Source: Erysipelothrix inopinata
GTDB lineage: Bacteria > Bacillota_I > Bacilli_A > Erysipelotrichales > Erysipelotrichaceae
Direction: 5' to 3'
NCBI RefSeq assembly: GCF_014396165.1
Contig: NZ_CP060715.1
Location: 1,020,001-1,052,000 of the forward strand
DNA length: 32,000 nt
Each line of letters begins with the position of its first letter. Within the stretch, counting starts at the first letter, position 1. Positions 23,463 through 32,000 of this stretch are shown piece after piece. The notes under the pieces are model-generated. The model did no database searches, was not told the origin of the DNA, and worked only from the letters and a program-made list of their open reading frames with translations. The position numbers were made by a program, and so were the translations under genes.

Positions 23463-24812
23463 ATGAAGGAAAAAGTACAAAAATTTGGACGATTCCTAAG
23501 TGGAATGGTAATGCCTAATATCGGAGCATTCATTGCATGGGGATTTATTACTGCATTATTTATTCCTGATGGGTGGATACCAAATGAAAAATTTGGTGAG
23601 CTTGTTGGACCAATGGTCACTTACTTGCTACCAACTTTAATTGCTTATTCAGGGGGTAAGATGATTCATGGAACTCGTGGTGGTGTCACGGGTGCAATAG
23701 CAGTATTTGGGGTTATTGTTGGAACAGAGGTTCCTATGTTCTTAGGAGCTATGATTGTAGGGCCTTTATCAGGATGGGTCATGAAGAAAGTTGATGAGGC
23801 TCTTGACGGAAAAATACCGGCAGGATTTGAGATGCTTATTAACAACTTCTCATTGGGTATCATTGGATTGTTATTAGCTTTATTTAGCCTTACAGCAATT
23901 GGTCCTATGGTAGCTTGGGCAATTACTGCTCTTGGGAATGGTGTTAAAGTTATAGTTAATGCGAAATTGTTACCACTAGCATCAATTATTGTGGAACCTG
24001 CAAAAGTACTATTCTTAAACAATGCAATCAATCATGGAGTCTTCGGGCCACTTGGTATTGAACAAGTTCAAGAAGTAGGGAAATCAATATTCTATCTAAT
24101 CGAAACAAATCCGGGACCAGGTCTTGGAGTTCTCTTGGCATGTATGTTCTTTAGTAAAGGAGAAGAAAGACAATCTGCTCCTGGAGCAATCATTATTCAT
24201 TTCTTTGGAGGAATTCATGAGATTTACTTCCCATACATATTAATGCAACCTTTACTATTACTTGCAGTCATTGGTGGTGGAGCAGCTGGAGTCTTTACGT
24301 TCCAACTTTTAAATGCTGGACTTGTCGGACCTGCTTCACCAGGTAGTATTTTGGCACTTAGTGCAATGGCACCAAAGGGCGGATTACTTCCAGTTCTAAT
24401 TGGGGTGGCTGTATCCGCAGCAGTATCCTTTGCAATTGCTGCAGCGATCTATAAGATGGGTCACGCAAAATCAACACTTGAAGAAAGTAAACAAACGATG
24501 GATAGTCTTAAGAATAAGCCGAAACAACATAATATCGACTTAATCATCTTTGCTTGTGATGCAGGAATGGGATCTTCTGCAATGGGAGCTACAACATTAC
24601 AAAAGAAACTTAATAAGGCAGGAATTACAATTCGTGTGGAAAATCACTCTATTGAAGAAATTCCACTTGATGCGAAACTTGTAATTACACATCAAAGTTT
24701 GCAAGCTCGTGCTCAAGAACGTGTTCCTCAAGCTGAGGTAATTGCGATTCAAAACTTCTTAAGTGCTCCAGAATATGATCAACTTGTTGAAAGATTTACG
24801 AGGAAGGTTTGA
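23463..24812 (+). CDS. mtlA: PTS mannitol-family transporter subunit EIICB
   Basis: AAAGGAGGAG RBS. MKEKVQKFGRFLSGMVMPNIGAFIAWG... is a typical MtlA N-terminus. The C-terminal EIIB domain has FACDAGMGSSAMG (phospho-Cys). No EIIA domain. Confidence 0.9.
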   Translation: MKEKVQKFGRFLSGMVMPNIGAFIAWGFITALFIPDGWIPNEKFGELVGPMVTYLLPTLIAYSGGKMIHGTRGGVTGAIAVFGVIVGTEVPMFLGAMIVGPLSGWVMKKVDEALDGKIPAGFEMLINNFSLGIIGLLLALFSLTAIGPMVAWAITALGNGVKVIVNAKLLPLASIIVEPAKVLFLNNAINHGVFGPLGIEQVQEVGKSIFYLIETNPGPGLGVLLACMFFSKGEERQSAPGAIIIHFFGGIHEIYFPYILMQPLLLLAVIGGGAAGVFTFQLLNAGLVGPASPGSILALSAMAPKGGLLPVLIGVAVSAAVSFAIAAAIYKMGHAKSTLEESKQTMDSLKNKPKQHNIDLIIFACDAGMGSSAMGATTLQKKLNKAGITIRVENHSIEEIPLDAKLVITHQSLQARAQERVPQAEVIAIQNFLSAPEYDQLVERFTRKV

Positions 24813-24830
24813 GTTCGCTCAAACCTTTTT
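24804..24830 (+). terminator. Hairpin overlapping the mtlA stop codon (terminator or partial terminator)
   Basis: AAGGTTTGAG (24804-24813), loop TTCG, CTCAAACCTT (24818-24827), then only TTT. Confidence 0.55.
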
Positions 24831-24929
24831 GCATTCTGTCATGATTGGTTTATGCAAAATTAAAATAGATAAAGCTAGTGTGAGGTTGAACTTTGCTATA
24901 CTTATATTAAAGAGGTGATGCACGTGGAT

Positions 24930-26954
24930 ATGATTTACTCGCCAAGACTTCTTGAAATTTTAAAAGTCTTGGTATCACATGATGATTATGTATCAACACA
25001 TGTTCTTGCAGAAGCGTTGAGTGTGAGTAATCGCACAGTCTTCAGAGAGATTCAAAATGTTAATTATCTTTTAGAACCTTTTAATATTGAACTCGAATCA
25101 AAATCGGGTTTTGGATATAAACTGAGAGGAAGTCCGGAGGATGTTAATCGACTAATACAAAGCCTTGAATCATCACAAAACATACTTCCTTACAGAAATG
25201 CTGATGAAAGACGTGAGCTCTTGATGATCGAATGTCTTATGCAAACATCCATGATTAAGTTAAGTAATCTGGCTTCGATTTTTGATGTTTCAGAAGGTAC
25301 CATTAGCCGAGATTTAGATATTATAGAAGAAAAATTAAAACGGCATCATTTAAAGCTAATTCGACGTCAAGGATATGGTATCGAGATTGAGGGTCGAGAA
25401 GAAGATGTACGAAAAGCAATTATAGAAGTTGTTCATCAACAATTAGCACTTCAAAATGAAACACTTTTTGAAAGATGTCATCAGGATATTGTTCAATACT
25501 TTCAAAATCAAGAATCAGGAATTCTCGGTCTTCTGAACCAAGAAACGGTCTACAACGTCATTGATGTACTGGAACATAGCAGCACCCAGATTGTGAGTAA
25601 GATTACAGAACATTCCTATATTGGTTTAGTAATTCATCTAACCATTGCTGTAGAACGAATCCGTGCGGGTGATGCAGTACTATCCAATCTGAATCTTACT
25701 TACGACGATGAAGCACTTGAATCTGTAGCGAAGATTATTATCAGCGATATTGAATCTCGATTTAATGTTACGTTTCCTGAAGCGGAAGTGGGATATGTCT
25801 TAATGCATCTAAAGGGAACGCGTCCTCGCAACTCATCGCAATTATCTCAAGAACAATTAATGAGTAACTATGAGTGTATGTTGATGGTGGAAAGTCTGGT
25901 ATCACGTTTTTCAAATATAATGGATGAAGATTTTCGAGATGATGAATCCTTAATGACGGGACTCCTGGCTCATTTAAAACCTACTCTAAATCGTTTGGAT
26001 TATGGGCTTGAAATTCGAAACCCTTTACTAGAGGAAATAAAAACTCAATACGGAGAATTACTTAAGATTGTGAAAGAGACTACAGATATCTTGTATCTTG
26101 AAAACAATCTAAAACTTAGTGATGATGAAATTGGATATTTAACACTACACTTCGGAGCAGCGATTGAGAGAATGAAACTTAACGATACGGTTAACAAATC
26201 TGTAAATATTGGTGTTGTTTGTGCAAGTGGCATTGGAATTTCAGCGTTACTGGCATCTAGAATAAAATCTACTTTTATGGATGCGGATGAAGTTATTGCG
26301 CTGTCAGTAGATGATGTAATAAATAAATCGTATAAAAATATAGATCTATTAGTTTCAACTTTAGAAATTGAGAGTGATATCCCAATCGTAAATGTGAATT
26401 CATTGCTCAGAAATGACGATATACTAGCAATTAGAACAGCATTAGATGGTTTGAAAAAATTACATTCACCAATGGGAGATAGCGATAATATTGATTATTC
26501 ATGGCAAGTTATTGAGAATATAAGATTAGTAACATTAGATCTTAATCGCAATAAAGAGCAGGTCATTGACAACCTTATTCAACAATCAAATAGTGATCAG
26601 GGTATTCATCCAAAAATTCGCGAAGGTATCATGAATCGAGAAAATCGTGACTCGGTTATTGTCGAAGATCTAAATTTTGTTATGTATCATGCAAAGATTG
26701 AAGGACTGCAATTTCCGGAAGTTATCTTTTTCAAGAAGAGCAACAAAAAAACAAGTGTTGATTATCAGAATATTGAAAGAGGGGTTTTTATGATTGTTCC
26801 GTATCCTACATCGAAAGATGTGCGAAAAACAATGAGTACAATAACTGCATCAGTATTAGATTGTGAGTTATTGGTACCTGCAATTGATTCGGGAAATCAA
26901 GAAGTATTGATTCAAACAATTACAAAGTTTATGGAGGATAAAAGATATGGATAA
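24930..26954 (+). CDS. mtlR: MtlR-type PRD-containing transcriptional activator (HTH, PRD1, PRD2, EIIB-Gat-like, EIIA-Mtl-like)
   Basis: HTH LAEALSVSNRTVFREIQ. PRD histidines sit in GLVIHLTIAVERI, YVLMHLKG, LLAHLKPT and YLTLHFGAAIER. EIIB-like VVCASGIGISALLASR. The start is uncertain (ORF opens at GTG 24915; GTG 24924 and ATG 24930 are candidates). Confidence 0.88.
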   Translation: MIYSPRLLEILKVLVSHDDYVSTHVLAEALSVSNRTVFREIQNVNYLLEPFNIELESKSGFGYKLRGSPEDVNRLIQSLESSQNILPYRNADERRELLMIECLMQTSMIKLSNLASIFDVSEGTISRDLDIIEEKLKRHHLKLIRRQGYGIEIEGREEDVRKAIIEVVHQQLALQNETLFERCHQDIVQYFQNQESGILGLLNQETVYNVIDVLEHSSTQIVSKITEHSYIGLVIHLTIAVERIRAGDAVLSNLNLTYDDEALESVAKIIISDIESRFNVTFPEAEVGYVLMHLKGTRPRNSSQLSQEQLMSNYECMLMVESLVSRFSNIMDEDFRDDESLMTGLLAHLKPTLNRLDYGLEIRNPLLEEIKTQYGELLKIVKETTDILYLENNLKLSDDEIGYLTLHFGAAIERMKLNDTVNKSVNIGVVCASGIGISALLASRIKSTFMDADEVIALSVDDVINKSYKNIDLLVSTLEIESDIPIVNVNSLLRNDDILAIRTALDGLKKLHSPMGDSDNIDYSWQVIENIRLVTLDLNRNKEQVIDNLIQQSNSDQGIHPKIREGIMNRENRDSVIVEDLNFVMYHAKIEGLQFPEVIFFKKSNKKTSVDYQNIERGVFMIVPYPTSKDVRKTMSTITASVLDCELLVPAIDSGNQEVLIQTITKFMEDKRYG

Positions 26955-27393
26955 GAAAAACCCTGTGTTAATTAAAGAAAATATTAAACTGAATTGCAAG
27001 CCGGTTGATAAGCATGCTGCAATTGATGCTGTAGGATCACTGCTTGTAGATCATGGTTACGTGACACCAAAGTATGTTGAAGGCATGCATAATCGTGAGG
27101 ATGCCCTAACCGTATACATCGGTAATATGCTGGCGATTCCTCATGGTGAATATGAAGTTATCGATGAAATTATTCAGTCGGGAATTGCGGTCATGATTTA
27201 TCCTGATGGTATTGATTGGAATGGTGAAGTTGTTAAGGTTGTGATGGGAATTGCAGGAGTCGGGGATGAGCATATGAAAATACTCTCTCAAACTGCAATC
27301 TTATTCTCAGAGATTGAAAATGTCGAAGAACTCATCGCGATGACAGATGTTGATGAAGTTTATAACATGTTGACCCAGGAGTATGACGAATGA
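26947..27393 (+). CDS. mtlF: PTS mannitol-family EIIA component
   Basis: 148 aa. Active-site context NMLAIPHGEYE. 8-nt overlap with mtlR. Confidence 0.88.
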   Translation: MDKKNPVLIKENIKLNCKPVDKHAAIDAVGSLLVDHGYVTPKYVEGMHNREDALTVYIGNMLAIPHGEYEVIDEIIQSGIAVMIYPDGIDWNGEVVKVVMGIAGVGDEHMKILSQTAILFSEIENVEELIAMTDVDEVYNMLTQEYDE

Positions 27394-28325
27394 GCATCAT
27401 TACTGTAACACTCAACCCAGCTATTGATAAAACAATCTATTGCGATTCTTTTGAACTGGGAGCAACTAACCGTATTCAACATGTTACTGAAGATATTGCA
27501 GGAAAAGGCATCAATGTGTCGAAAAATCTTAGAGAGCATCACCTTGAGAGTACTCTCGTTGCAGTGTTTGCGGGTCATAATGGTGATAGAAGCTATCGTT
27601 TCTTGATAGGTGAAAACTACGATGTGGTAAAAATTGATGCTATCGGTGAAACTCGAATAAACCAGAAGATTGTGGACAAATCAGGAACTACTACTGAACT
27701 CAATGAAAAAGGCCCATCAATTACCCAAGATACTATAGATGATTTATATACATGGATTAAAAATAATGTTAAGACGGATGACATCGTCATCTTATCGGGA
27801 AGTTTACCTCAAGGAGCACCGACAGATATTTACGGAGAAATTATTCGCATCTGTCATACATTGTCAGCTAAAACAATTCTTGATGCTTCTGGAGAATGTC
27901 TAGTTGATGCCATAAAAGCTAAACCATTTTGTGTCAAACCGAACGACGATGAAATACAGACACTACTAGAGTTAGATCGAAAACCAACAAAAGAAGAAAT
28001 GCTCGTTTATGGTAAGCAGTTGATTCAGGAGGGTATTGAGAAAGTAGTTATTTCATTGGGAAAAGAAGGTGCATATTTTATTGATAAAGAAAGGATACTT
28101 AAAGGAAAAGGATTAGAACTTAAATCTTTATCCAGTGTTGGTGCAGGGGATGCGATGGTAAGTGCACTTGCCTATAGTTTTTACCATCATGAAACATACG
28201 ATCAAATTGTTAAAAGAGCGATTGCAACTAGTGGTGCAGCTGTTGAAACAGAAGGAACAAAACCTGGGAAACAGAGTCGTGTACTTGAACTAATGGAACT
28301 TGTGAAAATAGAAAAAGGAGCATAA
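27390..28325 (+). CDS. PfkB-family sugar-phosphate kinase (1-phosphofructokinase / tagatose-6-P kinase-like)
   Basis: MSIITVTLNPAIDKT... is a FruK/LacC-type N-terminus. Contains GKGINVS and the anion-hole motif VGAGDAMVSAL. ATGA overlap with mtlF. Confidence 0.85.
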   Translation: MSIITVTLNPAIDKTIYCDSFELGATNRIQHVTEDIAGKGINVSKNLREHHLESTLVAVFAGHNGDRSYRFLIGENYDVVKIDAIGETRINQKIVDKSGTTTELNEKGPSITQDTIDDLYTWIKNNVKTDDIVILSGSLPQGAPTDIYGEIIRICHTLSAKTILDASGECLVDAIKAKPFCVKPNDDEIQTLLELDRKPTKEEMLVYGKQLIQEGIEKVVISLGKEGAYFIDKERILKGKGLELKSLSSVGAGDAMVSALAYSFYHHETYDQIVKRAIATSGAAVETEGTKPGKQSRVLELMELVKIEKGA

Positions 28326-28326
28326 T

Positions 28327-29586
28327 ATGAAAACAAGAGCAGTCAGAATGTATGGGGAAATGGATGTAAGATTGGATGAGTTTGAACTACCTGAAATTAA
28401 AGATGATGAAATTCTTGTTCGTGTCATCAGTGACAGTATTTGTATGTCGACCTACAAATTACTTCAACAAGGAAAGAAGCATAAGCGTGCACCACAAAAT
28501 ATTGATACAAACCCAATAATTATCGGTCATGAAATGGCAGGGGATATCGTGAGTGTGGGTAAAAAATGGCAAGAACAGTTTAAGCCTGGACAACGTTTTG
28601 CTTTACAGCCAGCACTTAACTACAAGGGTTCTTTAGACTCTCCAGGGTATTCATACGAATTCTTTGGAGGCGCTTCAACTTATTGTATTATTCCCCAAGA
28701 AGTCATGGAACTTGGATGCTTAATGGTATATGAAGGTGAAGCATACTATGAGGCTTCTCTTGGAGAACCAATGTCGTGTATAATTGGGGGATTTAATGCA
28801 GTATATCATACCAATAAACAAAACTATCATCATGCAATGGGAATTAAAGAAAATGGTAATATCTTAATCATGGGTGGATGTGGACCGATGGGATTAGGTG
28901 CCATCGATTATGCCCTACAACTTGATACAAAACCTAAAAGAGTTGTTGTAACTGATTTATCTGACGATCGAATTAATCGTGCACGTGAAGTATTATCAGA
29001 AGAAATGGCTAAAGAGAGAGGTATCGAATTAATCTATCATAATCCAAATAACTTTGAGGATAGTAAAAAAACACTTCTTGAATATACTGAGGGACATGGT
29101 TATGATGATGCATTCGTATACGTTCCAGTTGCATCTCTTGTGGAAGAAGCAGACAGTCTTCTTGCATTTGATGGTTGTCTTAACTTCTTTGCAGGACCAA
29201 CTGATAATACGTTAAGCGCAAGCGTCAATATTTATAATGTTCACTATATTAATACAAAACTCATGGGATCGACGGGTGGCAATAATGATGATCTTATTGA
29301 AGCTCTAGATCTATCAGCAAGAAAACGAACAAATCCGAGTGTCATGGTAACTCATATCGGGGGTATTGATGCAATTGCTGAAACATCACTAACACTTCCT
29401 ACTATTCCAGGTGGTAAGAAACTCATGTATACCCATGTAGAAATGCCACTAACTGCTATTGCTGACTTTGAAGAATTAGGTAAAACTCAACCTTTATTTA
29501 AAGAATTACATGAAGCAGTTTCAAAAACACACGGGTTATGGAATGCGGAAGCAGAAAGAATCTTACTAAAGCATAGTAATTTATAG
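28327..29586 (+). CDS. Medium-chain (Zn-type) dehydrogenase/reductase, long 419-aa form (sorbose-1-phosphate-reductase-like)
   Basis: DSICMSTYK and IIGHEMAG catalytic-zinc-type motifs, EPMSC, and Rossmann GGCGPMGLGA. No structural-zinc Cys cluster was seen. It starts 1 nt after the kinase stop. Confidence 0.8.
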   Translation: MKTRAVRMYGEMDVRLDEFELPEIKDDEILVRVISDSICMSTYKLLQQGKKHKRAPQNIDTNPIIIGHEMAGDIVSVGKKWQEQFKPGQRFALQPALNYKGSLDSPGYSYEFFGGASTYCIIPQEVMELGCLMVYEGEAYYEASLGEPMSCIIGGFNAVYHTNKQNYHHAMGIKENGNILIMGGCGPMGLGAIDYALQLDTKPKRVVVTDLSDDRINRAREVLSEEMAKERGIELIYHNPNNFEDSKKTLLEYTEGHGYDDAFVYVPVASLVEEADSLLAFDGCLNFFAGPTDNTLSASVNIYNVHYINTKLMGSTGGNNDDLIEALDLSARKRTNPSVMVTHIGGIDAIAETSLTLPTIPGGKKLMYTHVEMPLTAIADFEELGKTQPLFKELHEAVSKTHGLWNAEAERILLKHSNL

Positions 29587-29602
29587 AATATTTACACTCG
29601 AT

Positions 29603-29636
29603 AAAATGGTAGCGATAATAGAGACGCTACCATTTT
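29603..29636 (+). terminator. Rho-independent terminator of the mtl-like operon
   Basis: AAAATGGTAGCG (29603-29614), 10-nt loop, CGCTACCATTTT (29625-29636). Confidence 0.8.
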
Positions 29637-29768
29637 ATCGTTTGCACTTAAAATTATAGGGTTGAAAGTGATTGAGAAATAAATAAGATACCAATAGTAT
29701 CTATATTATGGTAAACTAAACTTCGAAAAAGAATTCAAAATAAATATAAAATGAAGAGGTGTAATATA

Positions 29769-31217
29769 ATGACGTTTGAGAGATTTAATTTAAATGAAAA
29801 GACAATCCAAGCATTGGATAAGTTGGGATATACTGAACCTACAGATGTACAAAAGGAAGCCATTCTTCCAATACTAAAAGGAAGAGATGTACTCATCAAA
29901 TCGCAAACAGGAAGTGGGAAAACTGCCTCTTTTGGTATTCCTATTATTGATAAAACGGATTGGGATATCCGTACACCTCAAACAATCGTATTAACACCTA
30001 CTCGTGAACTTGCGCTACAAGTGCGTGATGAACTTTCTAATATTGGTCGTTACCACCGACTTAATGTTCAAGCAGTTTACGGGAAAGATTCATTTAAACT
30101 ACAGAAAAGAGATCTGTCTCAACGTACGCATATTGTTGTTGCTACTCCTGGACGACTTTATGATCATTTAACACAAGATACAATTGATGTTTCGAAAGTA
30201 AAAACGTTGGTAATTGATGAAGCTGATGAAATGTTAAGCATGGGATTCATCGAACAAATTGAAGATATCTTAAGCTTCATGCCTGAAAGAATTCAAGTGA
30301 TTCTCTTGTCAGCGACATTCCCGGAAGAGATTAAAAAATTATCTGATGAAGTTCTAAGAGGACCCATTGAAATTAATGTTGTCTCTACAAACAATGTTGG
30401 AAACCGTATCATTCAAGAATCTTACCGAACAACGAGTGAAGAAAAACTTGCGCTATTGCATGAAGTATTAATCGTGAAGAATCCTGATCATGGAATTATC
30501 TTTGCGAATACTAAAGAAGCTGTGAACAACATCGAAGCATACTTAAGTGAATTTGGAGTAAATATTCGTAAACTTCATGGTGATATGGATCAAAAAGATC
30601 GTACACAGACAATTCATGATTTTAAAACAGGGAAATTTAGATTCCTCGTTGCGACAGATGTTGCGTCTCGTGGATTAGATATTCATGATGTTAGCATTAT
30701 CATTAATTATGATACACCGCACCACCTTGAAACGTATACCCATCGAATTGGACGTACAGCACGATTGGATAAAGAAGGACTTGCAGTTTCATTACTTGAT
30801 GATGATGACGCATACTGGATTGGTAGTAACGGAATTTCCGAAGTTTATGAGATTACTGCAATGAAAAAACCAAGTGAATCTCTGGTTGAAGCAAGACAAG
30901 AGCTATTCTTGAAGAAACAAAACCGTAAACAAAAGCCTCGTGAGACCCAAGAAGCCGTGTTTAAGGAAGATATCATGAAATTACATATTCGTGGTGGTAA
31001 AAACAATAAAATACGTCCTGGTGATATTGTGGGGGTTATTACGAGCATCTCAGGAATTACATTTGAAGATATTGGAGTTATTCAAGTATTGGAAGATTCA
31101 ACATATGTCGATATTCATAATGGCAAAGGAAACACCGTACTTAAGTATCTACAAAATCATCCGATTAAAGGAAAACAACGTCGTGTAGGTAAAGCCTATA
31201 ACGATGTCATACGATAA
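29769..31217 (+). CDS. dbpA: DEAD-box ATP-dependent RNA helicase with a C-terminal DbpA/YxiN-type RNA-binding domain
   Basis: ATG 29769 lies 7 nt after GAAGAGGTG. Motifs: Q (TEPTDVQ), I (SQTGSGKT), Ia (PTRELA), II (DEAD), III (SAT) and VI (HRIGRTAR). C-terminal MKLHIRGGKNNKIRPGDIVG...GVIQVLEDSTYVDI. Confidence 0.88.
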   Translation: MTFERFNLNEKTIQALDKLGYTEPTDVQKEAILPILKGRDVLIKSQTGSGKTASFGIPIIDKTDWDIRTPQTIVLTPTRELALQVRDELSNIGRYHRLNVQAVYGKDSFKLQKRDLSQRTHIVVATPGRLYDHLTQDTIDVSKVKTLVIDEADEMLSMGFIEQIEDILSFMPERIQVILLSATFPEEIKKLSDEVLRGPIEINVVSTNNVGNRIIQESYRTTSEEKLALLHEVLIVKNPDHGIIFANTKEAVNNIEAYLSEFGVNIRKLHGDMDQKDRTQTIHDFKTGKFRFLVATDVASRGLDIHDVSIIINYDTPHHLETYTHRIGRTARLDKEGLAVSLLDDDDAYWIGSNGISEVYEITAMKKPSESLVEARQELFLKKQNRKQKPRETQEAVFKEDIMKLHIRGGKNNKIRPGDIVGVITSISGITFEDIGVIQVLEDSTYVDIHNGKGNTVLKYLQNHPIKGKQRRVGKAYNDVIR

Positions 31218-31226
31218 CATTCAAAA

Positions 31227-31258
31227 AAAGGAATGATTTCAGAAGAAATCATTCCTTT
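31227..31258. terminator. Bidirectional terminator between convergent genes
   Basis: AAAGGAATGATTTC (31227-31240), loop AGAA, GAAATCATTCCTTT (31245-31258), flanked by an A-run and a T-run. Confidence 0.85.
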
Positions 31259-31271
31259 TAATTTGGTGTAT

Positions 31272-31616
31272 TTACGCTATAACTGTTTTCTTCATTTTTG
31301 CATAACCTACAAACGATAAGATAGTTTGAACTAATACAAACATAAAGTAGATTGGGAATAGAACCATAGATACTGCGTAGAGGATTCCACCTGTGAGTGC
31401 AAATCCTTTTTTATTCATGGACCAACCTAAAATATTAAAGAGTGTTGCGAGACCAACACATACAATATGTGGGAACATAAGTGTGACCGCAAGTGCAGCA
31501 CCTGCTTGTTCTGCGCCATCTGTTCCTGAAATTGCACCAGTTGCGTAAGCAACTATATAACCGAAATACAAAGCTCCTAAAATCCATGATATCAATAGTA
31601 ATTTACTTTTTTTCAT
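31272..31616 (-). CDS. Small integral membrane protein (about 4 TM), unknown function
   Basis: 114 aa with hydrophobic helices throughout (LLLISWILGALYFGYIVAYA, LAVTLMFPHIVCVGLATLF, ...). Confidence 0.6.
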   Translation of the reverse strand: MKKSKLLLISWILGALYFGYIVAYATGAISGTDGAEQAGAALAVTLMFPHIVCVGLATLFNILGWSMNKKGFALTGGILYAVSMVLFPIYFMFVLVQTILSFVGYAKMKKTVIA

Positions 31617-31635
31617 ATATAACTTTCTCCCTTAA

Positions 31636-32000
31636 TTATTTGATGATAAATTTGATAGGTTCCTTGGTAGAGAATGTTGGTTTATAGTAAACAAATAAAT
31701 TTGTTTCATCACCACTGATTACAAAGCTTTTCTCCCCAGAAAGTTTTTCACCAGGAAGAACATCCCCATCGACACTACCGTCAAGTTTTCCCCAAATGTT
31801 TGAATCTTTTTCTCTACCCTCATTATCCTTCATTGAAAGTTCTAAAATGCCGCCGATGTATTTTGATTTTGATCCAGTGTTTTCAAATGTAAAATCAACA
31901 GCAATCCATTCTTTTCCTTCTTCAGGTTTGATGTAATCATCACCTTCAAGGGTACGTGTTGAATTAACGGTGATCTTTAGACCATCTACTTCCGCAGTTT
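31636..32000 (-). CDS. DUF4352-like extracytoplasmic beta-sandwich protein, C-terminal part (5' end beyond the window)
   Basis: The minus frame is open from the window edge to the stop at 31636. Translation: ...LKITVNSTRTLEGDDYIKPEEGKEWIAVDFTFENTGSKSKYIGGILELSMKDNEGREKD...GEKLSGEKSFVISGDETNLFVYYKP. The ATG at 31833 in the track is internal. Confidence 0.6.
   Translation of the reverse strand, partial: TAEVDGLKITVNSTRTLEGDDYIKPEEGKEWIAVDFTFENTGSKSKYIGGILELSMKDNEGREKDSNIWGKLDGSVDGDVLPGEKLSGEKSFVISGDETNLFVYYKPTFSTKEPIKFIIK

Noticed and set aside
16107-24031. Antisense or embedded track ORFs within conserved genes (16107-16355 -, 17605-17865 -, 20557-20763 -, 20621-20806 +, 22187-22414 +, 23351-23620 -, 23666-24031 -).
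   Set aside because: Each lies inside or opposite a gene with strong family motifs and lacks an RBS. The 121-aa and 89-aa ones mirror the Gly/Ala/Pro-rich mtlA codons on the opposite strand.

Overview
AT-rich, low-GC Firmicutes-type chromosomal segment (strong AGGAGG-type ribosome-binding sites (RBS), many lipobox proteins, PRD/PTS regulation). No finer taxon can be assigned from the sequence alone. Gene order: guaB (3' end) and guaA; an orphan LytTR regulator followed on the same strand by a small Sec-secreted protein, two lipoproteins, an ABC-2 ATPase, a permease, and a second permease fused to a lipoprotein-like beta-repeat domain that is split by an intact IS3-family element; a GNAT acetyltransferase; a leader peptide plus tandem attenuator hairpins in front of an ARE-like ABC-F gene; about 0.6 kb non-coding; a lipoprotein (-); about 0.45 kb non-coding plus a small membrane ORF; TetR (-) divergent from a BCCT transporter and an ornithine-cyclodeaminase-family enzyme; two tandem paralogous lipoproteins; on the minus strand a cupin, a fetA/fetB-like ABC pair and a lipoprotein-anchored thiol peroxidase; a mannitol-family PTS locus (mtlA-mtlR-mtlF) where the expected mtlD is replaced by a PfkB kinase and a 419-aa MDR dehydrogenase; a DbpA-type DEAD-box helicase; a small membrane protein and a partial DUF4352-like protein (-). 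No rRNA, tRNA or CRISPR array was seen. The best candidates for something undescribed are (1) the LytTR-headed secreted-protein/lipoprotein/ABC-2 cluster at 1911-10569, (2) the non-canonical mtl locus at 23463-29586, and (3) guaA with a vestigial glutamine amidotransferase domain. All family calls come from motif recognition by eye; no database search was run.
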